A stretch of 15,909 nucleotides of DNA from Paraspadella gotoi (lineage: Eukaryota > Animalia > Chaetognatha), in the NCBI GenBank assembly GCA_051294375.1, contig JBJCIZ010000840.1, positions 1 through 15,909 on the forward strand, read 5' to 3'. This document shows positions 10,683 to 15,909 of the stretch, one piece after another. Positions within the stretch are counted from its first letter, which is position 1. Every line of letters starts with the position of its first letter. The notes beneath the pieces were generated by a model, which saw only the letters and a list, made by a program, of their open reading frames with translations, did no database searches and was not told where the DNA came from. The position numbers were made by a program, and so were the translations under genes.

Positions 10683-11247
10683 GTACATTTAAAGAGAGAC
10701 GGACACATTTTTATTCAAATATTTTATGAAAGATTTGTCAGTCGGTCAGTATGCATCTATCATCTTGTCAGTAAATCATTTAGATCATTAAACATTAAAT
10801 TAAAAGACATTTTGAAAAACAGTTTCTACGTCTAAACATTTGTCAGACTCTCTATCCCCTCTTTAAACTCAAATCACTCAAGATTTAGCCAATGGATCGC
10901 ATTAAAATATAGTGTGGTTTAGTACCGATTTTTCAAGTTCTCTAAACTAAATATAAAATAATTTTATGTAGTAAAACTTATCGTATCTTTTCTTTGTGTT
11001 TGATAGTAGCAAGAAATGAAACGGATTTTTGTTTACAAACAGCAAAATTTTCTTTATTTTTCTTTTATTGTAATATTAATAATATTATTATTTAATTAAT
11101 TTATTTGTTTTATAAAATTGGTACAAACAACATTTTATTCTTTTTTCTTATTTTATATCCATTTTTTTTCTCGACTTTTCATTTAATCATATTCGTTCAC
11201 TCATTTTTTCCCCATTTTTTTAGTATTTTCATTCATTCATCCATTTT

Positions 11248-11554
11248 GTACGTCCGTTCGACTTACGTTCGTCAGACCGTCCATCCGTCCCATAACAAAA
11301 AAACTCAAATTACTCGTGATTGAATGGATGGATTTAAATAAAATTTAAAAAAAACAAAAGTCACATTTTATTGAATAATTTTACTAATTAAAATTCATAA
11401 TTACTTTAATTAATCATAATTGGATAGATAGATTCAAATGAAATTTTGTGTGTGGGTAGGAAAGTGGTGTGATTAAGCTAGATATAAAGTTTAGATGGAA
11501 TCGTGCGAGCGGAAATGGAAAAAAGAAAAGTCACATTCACTTGAATTTTTTTTA

Positions 11555-11595
<41 letters not shown>
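11248..11595 (+). mobile_element. Older fragment of DINE-like family B in the intron
   Basis: Degenerate GTCC microsatellite (11248-11291), then sequence homologous to the 153-bp unit at 12325/12478 (AATTACTCGTG.., GTGGGTAGGAAAGT..GATGGAATCG), then (CT)n at 11559-11595. Confidence 0.6.
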
Positions 11596-11601
<6 letters not shown>

Positions 11602-11815
11602 GATCAATTATTGCATCTACTATTTCGCGTTTATAGGAAAATCTTGATCATCGCATCTATAATATTTGTTGTTGCATAAATGAATAATTATCATTAAATA
11701 AATAAATGATTATAATTGCATAAATAATTGAAATCATAATATTATTAATATATATTTAATTATCATCAAATTATTATTTTTTTCTCATCGAATCTATAAT
11801 TAATAAAAAATCATC

Positions 11816-12120
11816 GATCGTAGATTGCGCGATCGTGAATTGATTGATTGTTGACCTTAAATCGTTGATCGTGGGTTGTTTATCTAGGATGGTCCATTGT
11901 AAATTAAAATTAATTAAAAATCTTGGAGAAAAAATGACGATTGTGAATTGACTATCAGGAATTGATGATCATGAATTAACGATAGTGAACTGATGATTGT
12001 AAATTCCAAATCTTGAATTAACAATATGTATTTCACAATCTTGAACTCCTAAATTGTTGATCATGAATTAAAAATCTTAAGAATCTTTTAAAAAAACCGG
12101 GAATTGAAGACCGTGAATAG
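11816..12120 (+). repeat. Degenerate 14-bp minisatellite (consensus ~GATCGTGAATTGAC)
   Basis: Eight units in exact 14-bp register from 11939 to 12050 (gattgtgaattgac, tatcaggaattgat, gatcatgaattaac, gatagtgaactgat, ...), with looser units on both sides. Confidence 0.75.
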
Positions 12121-12140
12121 TTTTCTTTCTTTTTTTCAAT

Positions 12141-12637
12141 TTTTAGTCGGATCTGCTTATAAGCAGATCCCGACTCTATAATTCACTTTGTCGATCCATC
12201 GGTCCGCCCCCTCAATCTTGTCGGGCATTAACTTATTTCATGTCAGAACATCAAATTATGAAAAATTATACAAAAAAAACGATGTCCGTCCATCCGTCTG
12301 TCCGTCCGACCCACCTAAACAAAAAACACCAATTACTCGTGTTTGGATGGATGGATTGGAATAAAATTTTGTATGTGGTTAGGGAAGTGTGTGATTGAGC
12401 TGGATATGAAGTTTCGATGGAATCGTTCCAGTGAAAATGAGTTTAATGGAAAAAACAAAAATATATTTCAATATTTGAACACCAATTACTCATGAGTAGA
12501 TGGAGGCAATTGACCTGAAATTTTTGTATGTGGGTAGGAAAGTGAGTGATTAAGCTGGAAATAAAGTTTTGATGGAATCGTTTGAGTGGAAATGAGTTGA
12601 AATGGAAAAAAAACAAAAAACCTGTTTCACTAATTGA
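12141..12637 (+). mobile_element. Helentron/DINE-like element family B (+ strand): head, GTCC microsatellite, 153-bp tandem units
   Basis: TTTT, near-perfect palindrome AGTCGGATCTGCTTATAAGCAGATCCCGACT (12145-12175), CTCTATAA, (GTCC/GTCT)n at 12284-12310, and tandem units starting AACACCAATTACTC at 12325 and 12478. Confidence 0.65.
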
Positions 12638-12679
12638 TTATGCTTCTTTTTCTTTTTATATAAATGTAAATGCAAGATG

Positions 12680-12892
12680 TATAAATTAATCAAATAATTA
12701 ATAATTAATTAATCAATTAGTTAATTAATTAATCAATTATTAATAAATCAGTCAATCAATCAAAAAAAACATTTTGGAGTAGGTTAATTATTTAATTGAC
12801 TAATTAATTAACTTGAATTAATTAATTAATTATTAATTAATTAATTATTTAATAGTTAATTATTTTAATAATTATTAATTAATTAATTAATG
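12680..12892. repeat. (TTAA/TAAT)n-rich simple repeat
   Basis: Runs such as ttaattaattaatcaattagttaattaattaatc, largely self-complementary. Confidence 0.85.
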
Positions 12893-13089
12893 ATTGTGGG
12901 CAGATCGACATTGTTTGCTTAAACTTGTTTGAGTTGCATTTCCAACTCATATATTCAGTAGGTCTGTCGGCACCACCCATTATTTTTTCAATCATTCATT
13001 CAATTCCTCTTAAAATAATCAAATTAAAAAACAATTTACAAAAATTATGTTTATCTGTCGGTCAGTCCATCTGTAATTCGTTTGTCTAT

Positions 13090-13203
13090 TTAAAAAATAA
13101 AGAAAGAAAAAAAAATTTTAAAAAACCAAAGAAAGAAAAAAAATGATAAAAAGTTAAAAAAGAAAGAAAAGAGAATCAAAAAAAGAAAAAAAGGAAGGAA
13201 AAA

Positions 13204-13234
<31 letters not shown>

Positions 13235-13695
13235 AAAAAAGAAAGAAAAAGAAGAAAAGAAAAAAAGATAATTCGATTTTCTGACATGATATAAGTGACT
13301 TACCGACAAGATTGGAAGGACGGACGAAAAAAGTGAATTTTTAAAAGAAAAAAATTAAAAAAACAAAAGAAAGAAAAAATGTTAAAAAGTTAAAAAAAAA
13401 ATCAAAAAAAAAGAAAGAAAGGAAAAGAAAGAAGAAAGAAAGAAAAAAAAAGAAAAAGAAAGAAGAAAGAGAAAAGAAAAAAGAAAGAGAAAGAAGAAAG
13501 AAAGAATAATTCTATGTTCTGACATGATTTAAGTGACTTACTTACAATAAGATTTGAGGGACGGACTGAAAAAGTGAATTTTAGAAAGTAAAAATTCAAA
13601 AAACAAAAGAAAGAAAAAATGTTAAGTTAAAAAATAGAAAAAAAGAAAGGAAAATAAAGAAATAAAAAAGAGAAAAGAGAAAGAAAAAAGAAAAA

Positions 13696-13739
<44 letters not shown>

Positions 13740-13865
13740 AAAAGAAAGAGAAAGAAAATTCGATGTTCTGACATGATTTAAGTGACTTACCGACAAGATT
13801 GGAGGGACGGACCGAAAAAGTGAATTTTAGAGCCGGAATCTGCTGTAAGTAGATCCGGCTAAAAA
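13090..13865 (-). mobile_element. Family B element head on the - strand with three ~240-bp tandem units separated by (GAAA)n
   Basis: 13757-13865 is the reverse complement of 12141-12257 (hairpin 13831-13860). The core ATTCGATGTTCTGACATGA..AAAAAGTGAATTTT is repeated at ~13271, ~13508 and ~13757. Confidence 0.7.
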
Positions 13866-13949
13866 GAATTACATTTTGGTTGGTGTGGAGTTGCTCATTT
13901 AATTTTCGATCTTTATTAAAATTAGTAAATATAATTTTACTCTTTTTAG

Positions 13950-14926
13950 GTGCGCCGCCCATACACTTCAGCTAGAGTATTGAAGATGTATTTAAAATCG
14001 GTAGGCCCGCGGCCTTTCTTGGAAAACTTCAGCATATTGCCCAGAAGCTCCGAGCTCCAAATACTGACGCCATTCTTAAAAGACGCTGTGGAAAAGGAGC
14101 ACTCATGTTAAATAAAACACGCTGGGGAAGCAAACTGGTGATGGCAAAACGGATTCTCGAGCTGAAAGAAATCATAAAGGACTTGGCAGTGGAGGGAGTC
14201 CAACTCAGTGACCGTGAATGGGGAGAGTTAGAGAATTTGGTCTTAGTCCTCGAGATTCCTCACAAGGCAACGCTCACACTTCAAAAAGAACCCTGACACC
14301 TCGGTGGTGCCCTTCTCGAGTGGAGAGAAGTTATTTTCCGTCTAAAACAGTTAAATAGCAACTTGGGGCTCGACGTCGCCCGCTCAATCGAGACGAGGGA
14401 AAAGAAGTTGTTCGAAAATGATGTGTTCATCGCCGCCACATGGATTGATCCACGATCTCGTCTGCTTCTAACGAACATACAAAAAGAAAACGCTAAGAAA
14501 ATTCTTGAAAAAATATATTTGCGCTTGGAAAGCGCTTCAACTTCTTGCTCTTCCATTGATATGCATCCTCAGACTGATGTAAGTGAGAAAACAACTGAGC
14601 GCAAGTCAGACTTTGAATTGTATCTTGACTCCCTGGAAACTTCAAATGAAATCGAGGAACCTGCCAGAGTTTATTTATTTCAAATGGGTCTTGTTGATGT
14701 AGAAAAGATGGCAAGGGTGAAAGGGGCAAGTGTATGGGAAATAATTAAACTTTATCCCAAAATAATACAACCTGTTGCACGCATGGTGTGTTCACTCCCA
14801 AGCACACAGGTTTCAGTTGAGCGTATTTTTTCACATCTCAAACTATTTCTTCGTGAAAATCGTTCGAGAATGGCTCCAGAAATAGCTGAAGCGATTCTTT
14901 TTCTCAGAACAAACCGATGTTTGTGA
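13950..14926 (+). pseudogene. hAT transposase exon 2 with a +1 frameshift (~13975) and an in-frame stop (14294-14296)
   Basis: CAAHTLQL, then after the shift SIEDVF..NKTRWGS..EWGELE..LQKE*..AATWIDPR..LPSTQVSVERIFSHLK..RSRM..ILFLR (hATC dimerisation domain, catalytic Glu in SVER). The repaired spliced product is about 617 aa. Confidence 0.9.
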
Positions 14927-14968
14927 CTTTTGTTTAATTTTGTTTAATCTTAATTTATAAAAAGGTCT

Positions 14969-15024
14969 NNNNNNNNNNTTCTTTGTTTTTTCCTTCTTAA
15001 TTGGCTACTTGATCNNNNNNNNNN
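14969..15024. other. Two 10-N gaps or masked runs (14969-14978, 15015-15024)
   Basis: Ns are visible in the sequence. Confidence 0.98.
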
Positions 15025-15066
15025 GTTTATCAATGTTTATTGATGTTTAGTTATATAATTCGCGCG

Positions 15067-15072
15067 AATAAA
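15067..15072 (+). promoter_or_regulatory. Candidate polyadenylation signal of the transposase gene
   Basis: First visible AATAAA, ~140 nt after the stop codon. Weak evidence in AT-rich DNA. Confidence 0.35.
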
Positions 15073-15542
15073 ACTTTAAAACCTAACAAAAGTGTTCCTT
15101 TTAAATTTCAGAATAATTATACATTTTTGAACATTTCAAAAATAACAGATAAAAATATTTAAGGGACCTGTTTGAAAATAATTTTATTTGCGATGACAAC
15201 GGTAAAAATCAATAACATAAAAAATTTGCGTACAAGTTTCAATTATAAATTTGATTTTGGTGCTGAAGAAGCCTAATAACATAATTGATAATATATGCGT
15301 TTTTTCATATTATTAACTTTTACCGTTATAACCCAAAAAGAAATTTATGTTCTAACTTCAAATTGAATGAAACGAAAGAAATCTAAACATATGTTCATAT
15401 TTCTTTTTATAAATCTCATAAGTATTTAAGTTGGTACTAAAGGAATTGCTCGTGAAATCTAAACAGCAATCTATCTTGACTTTATCCCTCTCTCTCCCGG
15501 TTCTTAACACTCTCTCATCTTAAAACTTTTTTTTATCTAACT

Positions 15543-15591
15543 TAAACCGGACATTTTTCAACTCTAATTTTCGAGCCTTCATCAGGGCTTA
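15543..15591 (-). ncRNA. Degenerate minimal type I hammerhead ribozyme (Penelope-like element type)
   Basis: The minus strand reads UAAGCC CUGAUGA A GGCUC GAAAAUUA GAGUU GAAA AAUGUC C GGUUUA. It has both core boxes, stem II (two GU pairs) and stem I UAAGCC/GGUUUA. It deviates from the usual GAAACAUGUC by C>A and has one extra C after GUC. Confidence 0.55.
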
Positions 15592-15909
15592 GTTAAATTT
15601 TTACAAACATTTGATGAAGGAAGACTGAGAGAGAGGGAGAGAGAGAAAGAGATAAAGGTTTCCAACAATGTGTTTAGAAAGGACAGAGGTTAGAGGGTGA
15701 GGACAGTTGAAGGTAAGGACAGGAGAGATTGAAGAAGATTGAAAGGTCATTTGGGTAAGTGACGGTGATATTATTTGGGAAACAATACATTTTCATAATA
15801 TATAACTATATTAGATTACAATAATAAAGTAAATTTAAATATAAATATAAAAGAACTTTTTTGAAAGTGTAAAAGGTAATAATTCAAGTTCAATTATAAA
15901 TATTCAATA

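Larger units (their letters stand above)
10683..13949 (+). other. 3267-bp GT-AG intron of the transposase
   Basis: Donor GT at 10683 and acceptor TTTTACTCTTTTTAG ending at 13949. Splicing gives AG+G = Arg and the in-frame motif IHHMR-CAAHTLQL. Confidence 0.85.
9371..15072 (+). mobile_element. hAT-superfamily DNA transposon; right end not found, end coordinate is a minimum
   Basis: CAG-initiated left terminus with clustered subterminal motifs, followed by a two-exon hAT transposase and AATAAA. Confidence 0.85.

Noticed and set aside
9799-10692. Stand-alone 297-aa BED protein as called by the ORF track
   Set aside because: It stops just before CxxH; a canonical donor at 10683 joins it in frame to the downstream exon.
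11105-13962. Short ORFs within the intron
   Set aside because: Mostly Phe/Ser- or Lys-rich products of (GAAA)n and T-rich repeats; no domains.
14281-14729. Minus-strand ORFs of 91 and 78 aa
   Set aside because: Antisense shadows of transposase exon 2.
15263-15300. CTGAAGA as a plus-strand hammerhead core
   Set aside because: No stem II or GAAA box follows.
15660-15675. TTCCAACA as the right hAT TIR
   Set aside because: Only 8 nt match. The terminal bases are ATGTG rather than TCTCTG, and there is no ATAAAGAC TSD or CGCTTCC subterminal cluster.

Overview
AT-rich eukaryotic (probably invertebrate animal) repeat-dense DNA, with no prokaryotic features and no intact host gene. The main coding feature is a spliced hAT-superfamily DNA transposase on the + strand. 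Exon 1 (9805-10682) has a BED finger and two catalytic Asp motifs. A 3267-bp GT-AG intron follows, and exon 2 (13950-14926) has CxxH, TRW and the hATC dimerisation domain with the catalytic Glu. Exon 2 carries two small lesions, and a candidate left TIR with GGAAGCG subterminal motifs lies at 9371. The rest is layered mobile DNA: (1) a ~2.6-kb tandemly repeated non-autonomous Helentron/DINE-like family at 2369-7690; (2) a second such family in inverted orientation inside the transposase intron; (3) a candidate solo LTR at 8566-9316, in the same minisatellite as the hAT; (4) a degenerate minimal hammerhead ribozyme on the - strand (15543-15591), suggestive of a Penelope-like pLTR; (5) possibly a decayed laminin-G-like coding remnant at the left edge. 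I cannot support a wholly new biological system. The most curious items are the TE-filled intron that reconstitutes the RCAAH motif and a 9-nt antisense element next to the hammerhead core. All alignments were done by eye and no database searches were run.
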